Assembly (NCBI RefSeq): GCF_009914755.1
Contig: NC_060925.1
Strand: one strand, 5' to 3'
Length of the DNA: 64,000 nt
Source: the human T2T-CHM13v2.0 reference genome, Homo sapiens
Positions within the stretch are counted from its first letter, which is position 1; the number at the start of each line of letters is the position of its first letter. Positions 29,640-42,815 of this stretch are shown piece by piece. The notes under the pieces are model-generated. The model had not been told where the DNA came from and searched no databases. It saw only the letters and a program-made list of their open reading frames with translations. The position numbers and the translations under genes are program-made.

Positions 29640-30260
29640 GGACAACAGCTAACACTTCTTGAGCACTTATGTGAGCTGGGCACTATGCAAACTGCTTTCT
29701 ATCCATAATGTTATCTGATTCTCATAACTCCTATGAAGTCCTGAAGTAGGCAGTCACTTATTGCTGTTCTACTACCCATTCCCCTTTCTTTTTTCTTAGT
29801 AGTGCCCAGATTTTCTTTGGGGACAAAGGGGATCTTCCATTCTTAGCAACATTGCTAAAGAAGGGCAGATAGTTCCAGAGGGAGTTACGCTCGTCAGTCA
29901 CCCATCTCCTTTGTCTCAATAACTGACTGGTCAGAGCTGGGCACATGACATAGAGTGTTTCATCAGGAACTTGGGGGTTCTTGTTGGGAATGCTGGGACT
30001 CCCTCTTCCTCTGAGTTGTGTGTGGTATGAGCATAGGAGGCCTGGAACGGCTGCAGCAATGAGGGGAGCTGGCCTAAGGATGTGATGACCACACAGAAAA
30101 GGGCAGAGCTGAGAGAACATTAGAGGTGCTGAACTTGGAGCCCAAATAACATAGTGAACCTCTAAAACCAGCCAGCTGGGGCAGCACTACCTCCAAACTG
30201 CAGTTCCATGAGCCAATAAAGCTCCTTCTGAGAAAGCTATCGATTTTCTCTGAGATGCCA
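29640..30260. mobile_element. MIR fragment followed by an old MLT1-type LTR
   Basis: 'cttgagcacttatgtgagctgggcact...ctcataactcctatgaag', then 'gggcacatgac...agccaataaa'. Confidence 0.5.
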
Positions 30261-32714
30261 TTTTCAAAATGGTAATGATAAAAAGAATTTTGCTTGCTTA
30301 TTTTTAGAGTTAAATGAAATAATATTCAGCGGCAAATATTGATACTCTAAATACTTGTCGTTCTTGTAGATTGTGACAGTGTACCATCCTGAATACACTT
30401 TCATGGGATTGATTAGTATGTAGCTCTTTCTAACTTATGTACGTATACTTTAGAAAGTTTTATACTGCAGAAGTATAAAGAGGCAAAATTATTTTAAGTA
30501 ACGTGCATTTAATTTTTTTCTATTACAATATTGTACCCATTATAGAAAATATAAATGGTCTACATAATTTATAGCTGTACTAAGTGTTTACGGTCTTTCT
30601 ATAGAGATTGAGCATTGGGTCTTTGTTCAGCATCTAAATTCTTCATTATTTATTGTTCCATGGGAAATTGCCTTGGCTTTGACTATTTTCAACTTTTAAC
30701 GATTGCAAGAGCATTAGACATTAGAGACGTGAGGATTACCTGTATTCAAGTGGTCTCTCAATTTCTCTCTTTTGGTTTCTCAGATTCTTTCCTTAGGTTT
30801 GGGTTTATAGCATTTTACACAAAACAAGATAGGTGTGATCCTTAAAAGTTGTTTTTGGTTTTGTTTTTGCCTGCAATATATTCATTAAAACACCAAAGAG
30901 AAATGAGATACATTTCTGTTCTTATGGTTAAGGACCTATAATGCTATTTGTCACAAAAATAGAAAGATGGAAAAGTAGAAGAGTAAATATATATATAACG
31001 AGTTCATTTACATGGTTTCACATGCTTAATCTTGCAAACCCAACTCATGACAATAAATTTATGAAAACAAAACATTAAAAAACTTAGAAAGTAATAATAA
31101 ACTATAAACACAATGCTACTGAAGCTCAGCTACAACACCACATTCTCAGCTCTAGTTTGGATAGAACACAAGTGTTTTAAATTGCATTGGGTGGAGGCCC
31201 TGGCAGGAAGGAAGCATCGGATATTGCTGGAACATATCTTTGTTTGAGCAACAGCTAATGAGAAAGGTCACCATTATGCTTTGCTTTCAAACACTGGGTC
31301 TGTTTTGAAATTAGTACTGCACATTTCATCACAAATGCTGGTTTATAATCATCGAGGTACATAATCCTGCAGTATTAATGTTGTTTTCTCCTAAGTGGCA
31401 AGTAAAATCCAAAGCTTATGTTCTCACCACTGTTTTGATCAGTATGTCAGTAAAAGATAAAATGACTTTCTATTTATGGACTCTGGGATTCCTGATTATT
31501 TACAAAATTCCAATCTTGAATTTAGAGGAAATTCAGCCTTCTAATTTTTTTCCTTCAGTTTTAGTGTTACTTGTACTCTTGTTAAACTCATCGCTGGCAT
31601 TTGAAATACAAGGCTTTTTGGAATTTGTTCCCTAAAATTTATTGCATTTGTTTAGTGGATTATGTGAGTGGCACAGAAATCCTAAGAAAGAGCTTAACTT
31701 TTCTCTGCAAAGTGTTTGCTGACAAATGCGATAAACTTTAGAAGACCACCTTCTAGGAAGGGCTGACATATCAAGGACAGTAAAAACAGTAGTACCAGAC
31801 ATTTCTGCCACAATTTTTTCGGTGGTGGAGGGGAACAGAAATCTATTAAATATCTCAGTTTATATTTTTGGTTCTCCCTGTTGGCTAGGCTGTTGTATTC
31901 CCATGTCCACAGCACGTTCCACTGTGGGAGCCTGGAGCTCTTAGAATAAACTTTGGGAAAGGCTGGGTCCACCCTCTGGGGATAAGGGAGCCAGAGGGAG
32001 GAAGGGGAGGGGGTAAAGGAAAAGGGAAGGGGGCGGCTGTCTTCCTGTGTTTGGATGACCTTTCCTTATGTTTATCTGGAGGGACTGGGCAGCCACGCTG
32101 TGTTTGGTGTCAGCCTGCCATGTTGTCACATGTGATCTCTTTCTTAGCTTTATGTGTAGAGAGGACCTTTGCCTCTACTGGGAGAACTAGATTTAACTCT
32201 GTGAATTATGAAAGAAAAAAAGTGTACCAGTCTGTTAGGCATTGGGGCCCAGAGATAGAAGTCTTATGAAACATGCACATATGCCAGTGTGCAGCAGATT
32301 CCCTAAGGGAAAGGCTTAGGCATCTCTTGGAGCTGTCTGAAGGCGGGCCCACCTGTACTTCTTCCTTCTTGCTGAGAGCTGGGCTGGAGGCTGTCTTGCT
32401 TCTCCTGAAGCCTCATCATTTAGTACAATGCCCTTCACTTGTGGATATTCCTTAACTATTTCTTGAATGCATGAGTGAATGGATGAATACATGAGCAGAG
32501 TCACAGAGAGGTGACTGGGCAACAGGCAGTGAGGTTCCTACAATACTTAATTGATTTGCCAGTCCCTGCTCTAAGAGCCCTAAGTAGCTCCACTTTAAAG
32601 AAACCAGTTTCAAGCCTCTCCGTCTCACATTCCTGGTGGGTGAATCACTTGTTTCTTATGGTTGGGTGAGAATAACACCTCTGGTTTCCACCTTTCTTTT
32701 TCATTTTAGTGCTG

Positions 32715-33095
32715 ACCTCATCTGACCTGACCTTAGCTTGAATGTTATTTTCCCAGAGAAGCTATCCCTTAATCATCCTACTCTCCTCCGCCTGAATTAG
32801 ATCCCCCCATATACCTCTTACTAATCTCTATTATCTTCATAGAATGTAATACAATTTTTAATTATATTCATGTGGGTGATAATCCATCCTATGTCTGATT
32901 TCTCCACTAGATTACAAACTTCTTGAAGATAGGGGACCATATTTATTTTCTCATCACTGTGTTCTTAGCACCTGGCATAATACCTGGCATATAGGTACTA
33001 TGGCATATAGGCTTAATACCTGGCATATAGGTCCTCTATACACATAAGCACTCAGCAAGCCTGTGTTCAATTAATGAATGAGCAGATTAATGAAT
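32715..33095 (+). mobile_element. L2 3' fragment
   Basis: 'tctccactagattacaaacttcttgaagataggggacc...cacctggcat...aatgaatga'. Confidence 0.7.
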
Positions 33096-33497
33096 AAATT
33101 ATATTTGGAAGGAGAATTCATACCAGGTTACTGAGCAGGGTTGGGGATAAAGATCAGAGTCCAAAAGCCCTATCCCAATCAGACCTTGGACACACTAACG
33201 AGTTTGAGATTCTGAAGAGGATGAAGTGCTTAGCAGACATAAGTGACATTGGGCATTTTACCTTTGGAAGCTAACTAGTAGTCTGGACTCCTGGGAGTAC
33301 CAGAAACTTTCTCGTTTAACTCTACCCAAAGTAGCAACTTCTTCCACCTTCTCAGTAATAGCAGTATTCTTGGTTACCAGGTATCTGAACCACAGAAAGA
33401 CTCTCGATGTTTTCCTCTTTTTCACATCACACAGCTTCACAATACCTCTTGTTAGTTTTTTCCTTTTCATTCCCATGAGGGCCTTTTGATCTAGTGA

Positions 33498-33975
33498 ATT
33501 AGTCAGTTTCTTTCTCTTGCAAGTTCCAGACATGCAATTCCAATTAGCTTAAAAGCAAAAACGGGGAATCACGTTGTAGGGAAGTTGATAGGGACAACTG
33601 GCTTCAGACGTGTCTAGATCCAGCGGCTCAGATATTGCTCAGGACTCCACCTTTCTTGCCATCTCCCTGCTAAGTTTTTAAAATGAACACCTACAACTCC
33701 TGACTCACAATCTCCTCATAGCACCAGGAAGGACTCTGATTGCACCCATGTGACCGTTCCTGAATCTGTCACTGCAATGGGGAGGGAAGGAAGGCTCTGA
33801 TTTCTTGACCTGGGCAATATGTTCAGCTTTCTGCCCCTTGTATGGTGGCCAGGGGGGATGAGGGTACAGTCATAGACAGAGCTCCTCAAGGAAAAGAGGA
33901 GTTGTGTTACCCAGATAAGCTGTGGAAGAGGTGCTGGATAATCAAAAACAATAGAATGCCTTTCTGCAACAGCCA
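33498..33975 (-). mobile_element. Old MaLR LTR (MLT1J/K-like)
   Basis: 'ttagtcag..ttgcaagt..aattagcttaaaagcaaaa...aaggactctgattg'. Confidence 0.6.
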
Positions 33976-34034
33976 TCCTGATCCAGGTGCAGTGCTAGGC
34001 CCTTAACCTACATGCATCAGGATATACAAGGGAA

Positions 34035-34160
34035 ATGAGGCTGCACTGTGGAATCAGATTGCTTTGGCCCAAATCCTAGCTCTTTGTCTTACTCTCTCTC
34101 TCTAATTTTGGATAAGTTAACCCCTCTAAGTCCAGTTTTCTCATGATAAAACAGTGATGT
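34035..34160 (+). mobile_element. MIR, 5' part; resumes at ~35845-35930
   Basis: 'ggaatcagattgc..aaatcctagctc...gataagttaacccctctaagtccagttttctcat', then 'agggttaaatgaga..atgtaaagtatttag..catagtaagtgctca'. Confidence 0.7.
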
Positions 34161-34161
34161 A

Positions 34162-35842
34162 AAATATTCAGTAGAATATTACTCAGCCTTAAAGAGGAAG
34201 GAAATTCAGCCTCTCAGCTCCTCCCATCAACAGATGGCCCAGTCTTTAGTGAGGCACCAGCTATGTCCCTGAAACACCATGATGAAAGTGAAGGCCAGAG
34301 TAAATGGATTTGGCCATACTGGGCACCTGGTCACCACGGCTGCTTTTAACTCTGGCAAAGTGGATATCATCACCATCAATGACCTCAACTACATGGTCTA
34401 CCATGGAATCACATGGTTCCAGTATGATTCCACCCACAGCAAGTTCCACTGCACCATCAAGGCTGAAAATGGAAATCCCATCACCATCTTCCAGGAGGGA
34501 GATCCCACCAAAATCACACAGGGTGACGCTGGTGCTGATTATGTTATGGAGTCCACTGGCATCTTCACTACCATGGAGAAGGCTGGGGCTCACTTAGAGG
34601 GTGGAGCCAAAAGGGTCATTACCTCTGCCCCCTCTGCTGATGCCCCCACGTTCGTGATGGGCATGAGCCATAAGAAGTATAAAAACCTCAAGATCATCAG
34701 CAATGCCTCCTGCACCACCAGCTGCCTAACCTCCTGGCCAAGGTCATCCATAATAACTCTGGCATCATGAAGCGACTCAGCATCACAGTCCATGCCATCA
34801 CTGCTACCCAGAAGACTCTCATGGCCCCTCTGGGAAACTGTGGTGTGATGGCCATGGGGCTCTCCATTACATCATCCCTGCATGTGTCTACTGGTGCTGC
34901 CAAGGCTGTGGGCAAGGTCATCCCCAAGCCGAACAGGAAGCTCAGTGGTGTGGCCTTCCATGTACCCACTGCCAATGTGTCAGTCATGGACCTGACCTGC
35001 TCTCTGGAGAAACCAGCCAAATATGATGACATCAAGGAGGTGGTGAAGCGGCATCGGAGGGGGCCATCGGGGGCATCGTGGGCCACACTGAGCACCAGGC
35101 TGTCTCCTCCAACTTTAACAGTGACACCCACTCTTCCACCTTCAACACTGGGGCTGGCATTGCCCTCAACGGCCTCTTTGTCAGGCTCGTTTCCGGGTAT
35201 GACAATGAATTTGGCTACAGCAACAAAGTGATAACCTTTATGATCCACATGGCTTCCAAGAAGTAAGAGCCCCCAGACCACCAGCCCCAACAACAGCATG
35301 AGAGGAAGAGAGAAGCCTTTAGTTGCTGGGAAGTCCCTGCCACACAGTCCTCCACCACACTGAGAATCAACCTTCCTCATTGTTTCTACATCAGACACCC
35401 TGAAAAGGGAAGGACCTAGGGAGCCTGACCTTGTCAGATAACATTAATAAATTCCCGTGTACCCAGCCAAAAAAAAAGGAAGGAAATTCTGACATATGAT
35501 ATAACATGGATGAGCCTTGAGGACATTATGCTAAGTGAAATATGCTAGTCACAAAAGGACAAATACTGCATAATGCAACTTATGTGAAATGCCCAGAGAA
35601 GTGAACTTCATAGAGACAGAAAGTGAAATGGTGGTGCTAGGGGCTGGGGAGTGGGGTGAATGGGCAGTTAGTGTTTAATGGGTACCGAGTTCCAGATTTG
35701 CAAGATGAAAGTGTTCTGGAGATGGACGGTGGTGATGGTTGCACAACAGTGTGAATATACTTAAAACCCCCTGAACTATACACTTAAAAATGGTTAAAAT
35801 GGTAAATTTTATGTTATGTATATTTTACCACAATTTTTAAGG
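34162..35842 (+). mobile_element. L1MB-like 3' end, split by the GAPDH retrocopy
   Basis: 'gaatattactcagccttaaa..gaaggaaattc' joins 'tgacatatgatataacatggatgagccttgaggacattatgctaagtgaaa...tattttaccacaat'. Confidence 0.85.
34208..35476 (+). pseudogene. GAPDH: GAPDH processed pseudogene (5'UTR, CDS remnant 34279-35266, 3'UTR, poly-A)
   Basis: Intronless. Frames encode [10 protein letters not shown].., [44 protein letters not shown] and [14 protein letters not shown], with frameshifts. AATAAA at 35446, A-tail, and TSD AGGAAGGAAATTC at 34195-34207 and 35477-35489. Confidence 0.98.
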
Positions 35843-35929
35843 AAGTGACATAAGGGTTAAATGAGACCACAGATGTAAAGTATTTAGTGCAGTGTGAGTG
35901 AATACATAGTAAGTGCTCATAAATATGAA

Positions 35930-36090
35930 ATATTATTCTCATAACAGCCCTACAGATATTATTATCTTCATGTTTATAGTTGAGTAAGTGGAGATTTGGG
36001 GGTTAAGTAAGTGGTCCAAGCCCACCCAGCTAGAAAGTGGTGAGACCAGACTTAAACCCACTGCTTAAGTACTAAGGCCCTGCTATTTTC
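35930..36090 (-). mobile_element. MIR
   Basis: 'ctcataacagccctac...ggttaagtaagtggtccaag..cagctagaaagtgg..ttaaaccca'. Confidence 0.65.
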
Positions 36091-36378
36091 TATTATGCCA
36101 TGTTACTTCCCAGCACTCTTCTTGCCAGCTACCGCTGCCTAATATTTTTAAATATTGCTTTGATTATGTTAAGCTTCTGCCTAACAAAACTTAAGGGATC
36201 TACCTGTGGTCTAAAACACAAATGCCCTTTCCTGATACAATTCTTTTTGCAGTCTGACCCCAGTTACTTTTCTAGCCTCATTTTGATGTCAAGGCTCTGC
36301 TTTACCTTGTTTTGTGTTTTCTATGCTCGTAGCATATGCTAGTTATTCTGCTGGAACACTGTTGAAACTCTACCCACC

Positions 36379-36693
<315 letters not shown>

Positions 36694-37599
36694 TGATGCT
36701 CAACTCAAGACTCAGCTCCTCCAGAAAGCCTCACCTAACTGGAAGAGAGACAGGTCATTTCCTCCTCTTCACTACTACAGTGTTTATTATTTGATAGCAA
36801 CACATAATGTACTGCTTAAATCAGAGTTATTACTTCGCTGTTCATGTCTTAGCTTCACAGCAGTGGAGAGCAGGTATTGTATCTATTGCTGCTTTAAATT
36901 TCCCTCAATGCCAGGTTAGTGTTTTGCATTGAGTAGCAACTTGATAACAATTTCTTAAGGATGCTGATGCAGGAAATATGATTAATGATGACTAGTTCAA
37001 ACAGTCATGATTTGGATTTAAGAAAAGCATGTATTATTCACTTTTTATTAGAAAAGATACTGGAATTTCTCCTTGTACTTTTAGGTCAGTTCAGGACATA
37101 ATGATTCCTAGTCAGCATGGAAATGAAAAGATTGAGCCTGGTTAAAAAAGCAAATCTGCTGGTGAGCCTGTGTGAGAGGTAGATGTCTCTTGCTGATTAC
37201 ATTCTGAGAAACAGAAGCAGGCAAAAGTGTTTACAGAGCAACCAGAGATGAGGCAGTGGTTATTTTGAGAATATCTCAAAAAACAAAAGAGGTCATTTTA
37301 GGTTCTGCAAATAGTGCCCACTATGCAAATACATCAGTCTCTACATTGGTACTGAAAATGTTAATCATGTATAAGCCCCTAAACCTTTCTAAATAATGCT
37401 GTCCCTCACCTCCAGCCCCTGCTCAAAGGTCCTCTGTGGACCATGTAAGGGATCTGCAGTCATGCCAGGGAAAGAATCAAAGCCACGGTGCTGGAAATGG
37501 CAGCATCAGCCAATATTCACCAGGATGCTCTTGTGTGCCAATCCTGAGTGGTCATGGGGTTTGTTCTGACTGGTCAGTTTCTGTTCTTTAAATATGTTG

Positions 37600-38010
37600 A
37601 ATATCACCTCTGGGCAGAGAGAACAGCACTGGAAGTAAAGGCAGTTCTATGTGGTAGGAACGCAAAGCACCAATGAGAGAATGACAGAAGATGGGTCAGG
37701 AAACACAGGTAAGGACCAGAACTTGAAGGAATTCAGACCATTTGGGCAGATGAGCCATAGATAACTATTAGGCAGAGAGGTATTATAAGCAGCTGTACAT
37801 TTTTGAAGGATGAACAAGACTATTTATTAGGCTTTTGTAATGGACCTGATGAGAGGTGAGGAAGACTTGAATCAAGAACTCGGCAGTGCCAATAGATGGC
37901 AGGGGGGATGAATATAAGAGATATATTTTGAGGTAAAATTGACTGGATTTATGATTGAATGGAGAGAGTGGGAATAGAGGTGTCAAAAGGAATCAGAATC
38001 TGAAATGTGA
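37600..38010 (-). mobile_element. L2 fragment
   Basis: 'gagaggtgaggaagacttgaatcaag...gagatatattttgaggtaaaattgactggatt'. Confidence 0.6.
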
Positions 38011-39589
38011 ATATTCTAATTGGTGGTATGTGCTAAGAATACATTGATGGTTCAAGTTTATTTTCACTGTCTTACCTCAAAGTTCAAGGAATAAGTTGTG
38101 GTTAATCATACATATGATACATGAGCAGAGCAGTTGAATGTGAGGTTGCTGGCAGCTCTTGAAAAAGGCAATCACCCTGCCTGACCACATTCTGGTTCAG
38201 TGAGAGTCTACACTGGAACAACAACTCATTTAGAATTGCATGAGACCAGCTTCCCATAGCTGAAAGAAATATGGAGAACGTTCTGAGGCTGATGGGAACT
38301 ATGAAAACAGCAGTCACATACCTTTGGACAAGGCCATTTTATAACCAATTTACAAGGCATCATTTCTGCTTCCCTGCAGTAGTCGGGCCCTGGGTATCAT
38401 TGGGATTGGCACAGTTTCTTTGAGTCTTTCCCCACCTCACAGGCAGTCAGGCTTAGAGAGCTGTGATGGGGATGGGCAGGGTCTTGGGTCTGGGAAGCCC
38501 CAGAGGAAAGACTGCGTTCTTTCCCCAGGTTGAAGCTGTTAATCATCCTGCTGAAGGCTGGATTCGCAGAGAGAGAAAATGTAAAAGGGCTGCTTTATGA
38601 TATCCATGGATGTGCCCTCATGGCCGTGAACTTCAATAGTTCTTAACTTTACTTGCCTAAGTAAGGGAAAACATAATAAACCAGCAGGCAATTTGAAACA
38701 TTAGCAGACTGTTATATTTCATCTGAATTTTAGGTCTTCACTTTTGTAACTCAGGATTTTATGTGAAGCTATATTTCTTTAAAGATGGCAGCATTTTCTT
38801 CTCAAAATGAGGATCAAGACTATGGTATCTTTACAGTATTAAAAATAAACTGTGCTTTGGACCTGCAAAGAAATATTCAGATGTCATAACCTGAAAATAA
38901 CCTCTGAATTTTCCCACACTCTAACAAATCTCCAAACTGCCAAATGGATATGCACCAACATTTCCAGATTCCCCTGGGAACACATTTGAGAATGCTTAGT
39001 TCCAAAGAAAGAAAACGTTAGGGGAAAATATCCACACTCAAAAAATAGGGGTTTACACCAAAAGTGCTCTCCTGTCAAAAGAAAGTATCTCAAGTGTAAC
39101 ATGGTAAAAAATATATATACACACAAGATAAATTATTTATACAATATGAAGTTCAGTTGTAATTCAGTGGCTTTCTTGTCCACAAGTTAACACTTCCATT
39201 ATATAAAGATGTTTAAAACAACAACAAAACAAAAAAGTTACACCTCTCTTCATTTATTCGTATATATTATTATTTGGTGAAAGAAAAACACAATTATTTC
39301 TATTCTGTCTTTACTGAAAGGAAGACAAAGAAATAAAAGTACCTTCATTTTTTTTCCCCTTTCTCCTTCTGCTATGCTTGTCTTGCCAAACCCGATCCCA
39401 GTGTAAGACCAACCAAATCATTCTTTACGCCTGCTCCTGAGTGGCTGAACATTGATGAAAATCACCTAAACTGCAGATTGATGCCACTATAAATACTTGG
39501 TTGCCTCCCCATCTACAGGACAATCTGATGGACTAGCTCTTCCACTCTCCACAACTGTTTCATATTGTCATTTTCTTCAAACATCTTAT

Positions 39590-40140
39590 CACTTCCTATT
39601 CTAAATATGTAACTTTGAATAATATTTCCTCTAGAAAATGTGGGCAAATCATGACCAAAACTCCAATGGGATTTTATAATGGAATATAAAGCAATTATAA
39701 ACACTGTCCAGAAAAGTAAATACATAGGAATAATCAATAAAATGAGAAAAACAAGAAAAATGGGAGTAATGTTGACCTACCAGTTATCAAACAAATTATA
39801 GAGCTACCATAATTAAATAATGTTAAATTCCTGCTGGAATAGACAATACATCAATGGCACAGACCAGAGACCACATGTAAGGGTAAAATAAGATAAAGGT
39901 AGCATTTCAAAATGATGAGAAAGGATAGGATATTTAACAAATGGTGTTGAAAAGTTGGCTATCCATTTGAAAAAAATAAAGTTATATGTCTACTACTCAT
40001 CAATTTTAAAAAGTTAAATAGATTTTAAAAGCTATACATTAAATAGAAAACAAAATTTCAAAAGTACTAAATGGACATATAAGAGGGTAGTTATAATTTT
40101 CTTAATGGGAAAGGCCTTATAAAGCAAGACTTAACCCAAG
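39590..40140 (+). mobile_element. Old L1M (L1ME-like) ORF2 fragment
   Basis: 'aatagacaatacatcaatgg...tatttaacaaatggtgttg...tatccatttgaaaaaaataaag' matches the ORF2 LFNKWC region. Confidence 0.65.
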
Positions 40141-40869
40141 AAAAAGCAAAACTTTGTTTCTGTACAGTTCTGCCTAGCAAAGCACTGATGCTCCTTCTTT
40201 TTCTTCCTGTAATAGCAGTCTTGCCTAGTACCCAAGGATTAACATTACTCTCTGTCCCTCCTCTTAATGCATCTTTTTATCTTTAATGGATTGCACGGGG
40301 CCTGGCACAAAGTATGTGCTCTAGGCTTATTGATTTCACTTGACTGAACTCAAATTACTTTGATTGTGCTACAATCCTGGGGAGAAATAGACTTTAATCA
40401 TCAATACTTAATAATACCCAAATGATAATAATCCTTCCTCATTTATAAAAAAGTTTTTCATAGTTTATTTTATGAACCTCCTCTCCCCTTCCACACAAAA
40501 GCCCCCAAAACACTAGAAAGTAGGCAGGAAAGATGGTAGTAGTAAGGTTCTCAATTTACCCCCCTTCCCCATCCGCTGCTTCAGAGACATTGAGCAATTT
40601 CCCCAAGATCTTGGTCTGGGTCTCTTCCAGTTAGGTCATGCAGTCTCTGATTACAATTTGTTGCAAAAAGCCAGGTGGGGCATTTGAGATTCCATTCCTT
40701 AATTCTACAGAAACACATAGTGTCTAGAAAAATAGGTTAAAAACTAATGTGTAAGGCCTACCCTCTTTTTCTACAGAGATGGCACATAATCCCTGCTAAA
40801 AATACCCAAGCCAAGTCACGTCATCATTTTTTTGGTTTTTGTTTCTGTTGGATGGGGTTGCATCTTGTG

Positions 40870-41353
40870 CACCATTTCAAATCCTCCTGATCTCACCTCT
40901 TAGTCCAGCCACTGCGCCAGGATCCCATTTTGAGCCAGTTTCAAAGGTACAACCTGACATGGCCTTGTCTCCTCCTACACCTTCTACCTTTCACTTCCTC
41001 CCCTGAGGCTCTGTGGTGTCCACTTGGCATTTATGTGTATGTAACCCTGAAGAGAGGGGAGTCAGTGCTCGTGGACCACCCCTGATAGATGGGAATGGGA
41101 ACCTTTGGGTAAATGCTGCCCCTTTCAGTTCCCAGGGTGGACAGTTCTGAGACACATTTCATAAGTTTCCTCAGGAGGTTGTGTGGGTCAAGGCTGCCTG
41201 CAGCCCTGAGCAACTTAGTGACCCGAATTTGCACTGGACTGCCTCCTTCCCCTCCTTCTCCTCCTCTGTCCTGCTCCCTGGAATCACATTCCCAAGTGTA
41301 CAACAGGGGAGCCATTGGCTCAGGCTCTTGTTGCGGGGGCGCCCAGGCAGACT
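40870..41353 (+). mobile_element. LTR16C-like solo LTR
   Basis: 'ggtggacagttctgagacacatttc...ctccctggaatcacattcccaa..ctcaggctct..gggggcgcccaggcagac'. Confidence 0.55.
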
Positions 41354-41399
41354 GGGGCTAGCCATTTTCTTTTAAAGGAGATTATTGCTGTACAATACT

Positions 41400-41570
41400 T
41401 TCTAACATTTGTTTCATACTTTCAAGCATCCCTATTTCATAGTCACAACAAACTTATGAGAGAGCCACAACTATTTCCATTTGATAGATGAGGAAACTGA
41501 GGCTCAAAAGAAGTTAAATAACTTGATCAGGATCACAACAGCGAGAGGATGGTGGAACCAGGACTCAGCA
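41400..41570 (-). mobile_element. MIR
   Basis: Core 'agatgaggaaactgaggctcaaaagaagttaaataacttg..gatcaca'. Confidence 0.8.
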
Positions 41571-42619
41571 GAGGTCCTCTGAGAGGGGAGGTCAGGGCCC
41601 TCTTTGCTATAACACAGCTGCCTCCTATCAAAATATTTGCAGAGTGCTTTGATGTCAGTGCCTTGCACTCTGGAAAGTGCTCTTCCTCGCTTATCAGCCC
41701 TCTGCTGTAACACTCACAGCCGTTCCAAACATGTCCCCGCTTTTTCTAGCCACAGACACATTATGCACAGATGATTTTTTTATTGTGAACAAGTACAAAG
41801 GAATAGATCAGTAGCTGGAGAGGAGAATGTGGGACAAGGAAAGGGGGTTTTGAAGGTGAGAAATATGAGCAGATGTATATGCTAAAGAGAATCACCCAGA
41901 CTAGAGGGAGGGATGGATGATGCAGGAGAGAAAGAGTGAATGAGAGGCGATAGGTCCCAAGGTAGAAATAAAGAGCCTGTCTTTCGAAGACATGAGAGTC
42001 AATTCCTCTGTTACAACCAGAGGGCAGAAGAAGAAACTCCTATAGATAAGTTCAGGTCTCTAGGTAAATGGCGATCTCCCTTATTCAAAAATACAAAACA
42101 AAGGGATGTTCTTTGGGTCCTATGCTGCACACTTCATGAACACAGGGGCCATGTCTGTAGCCCAGTACTGATATTTTAGAAGGCTCTCAGTAAACATTTG
42201 TGGTTGCTGAATAAATAAATATGAGTAAACATACATTCCCTTTACCACCAAAAACTTCTGAGACTAACACTAAATGATTAAGAAATGAACAAAAATGTCA
42301 TTAAGAATTTTAGTAAGAGTTCAAATGACCCACAGATAAATCAGTCCTCGAATCCTTGCTATTTAATATCGGTACACATGAGGTCCCCAGAAAACTGCCA
42401 CAACTGCCCGAGTATGGGGTGGTGGAGTCCTCACCTGGCAGCAATACCTGGGCAAAACAGATACAGGGGTTGTAGTAGACAAAGAGCTCAAGCTGAGTTC
42501 GTAGGGTGGGGAAACAGTGAAGAGGAAGGAGATCCTCAGCTTCCTGTCCCAGGTGAAGAAGGGCTTCTACGGCCCGGGAAGATGGGCACTCCATGCCTAC
42601 CCCCAGCTGGATGAAGCCA

Positions 42620-42815
42620 TGTAGTAGTGTCCAGGTGCCACCCTTTCAAAGGCACATGCCGGAGCGTGCTCAGTAGAAAGCAAACATGCTCTTTACAAAT
42701 ATACTGGAAACATTTCCCTATGAGGACCACTAAAGGAACTGAGTATGTTTAATCCAAGCAAAAAGACTCAAGAGGACCATCATAGTAATTTTCAAATATG
42801 TGAAAGGCTGTGATC
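42620..42815 (+). mobile_element. L3/CR1 3' fragment
   Basis: 'gaactgagtatgtttaatcc...aagactcaagagg..ttcaaatatgtgaaaggctgt'. Confidence 0.55.

Noticed and set aside
34697-35398. 233-aa minus-strand ORF (and the 110-aa ORF at 34261-34593)
   Set aside because: Antisense shadow of the GAPDH pseudogene; no independent gene evidence.
38102-38420. Possible RTE-type reverse-transcriptase remnant (minus strand VVRQGDCL)
   Set aside because: Only one short motif resemblance; too weak to call without an HMM search.
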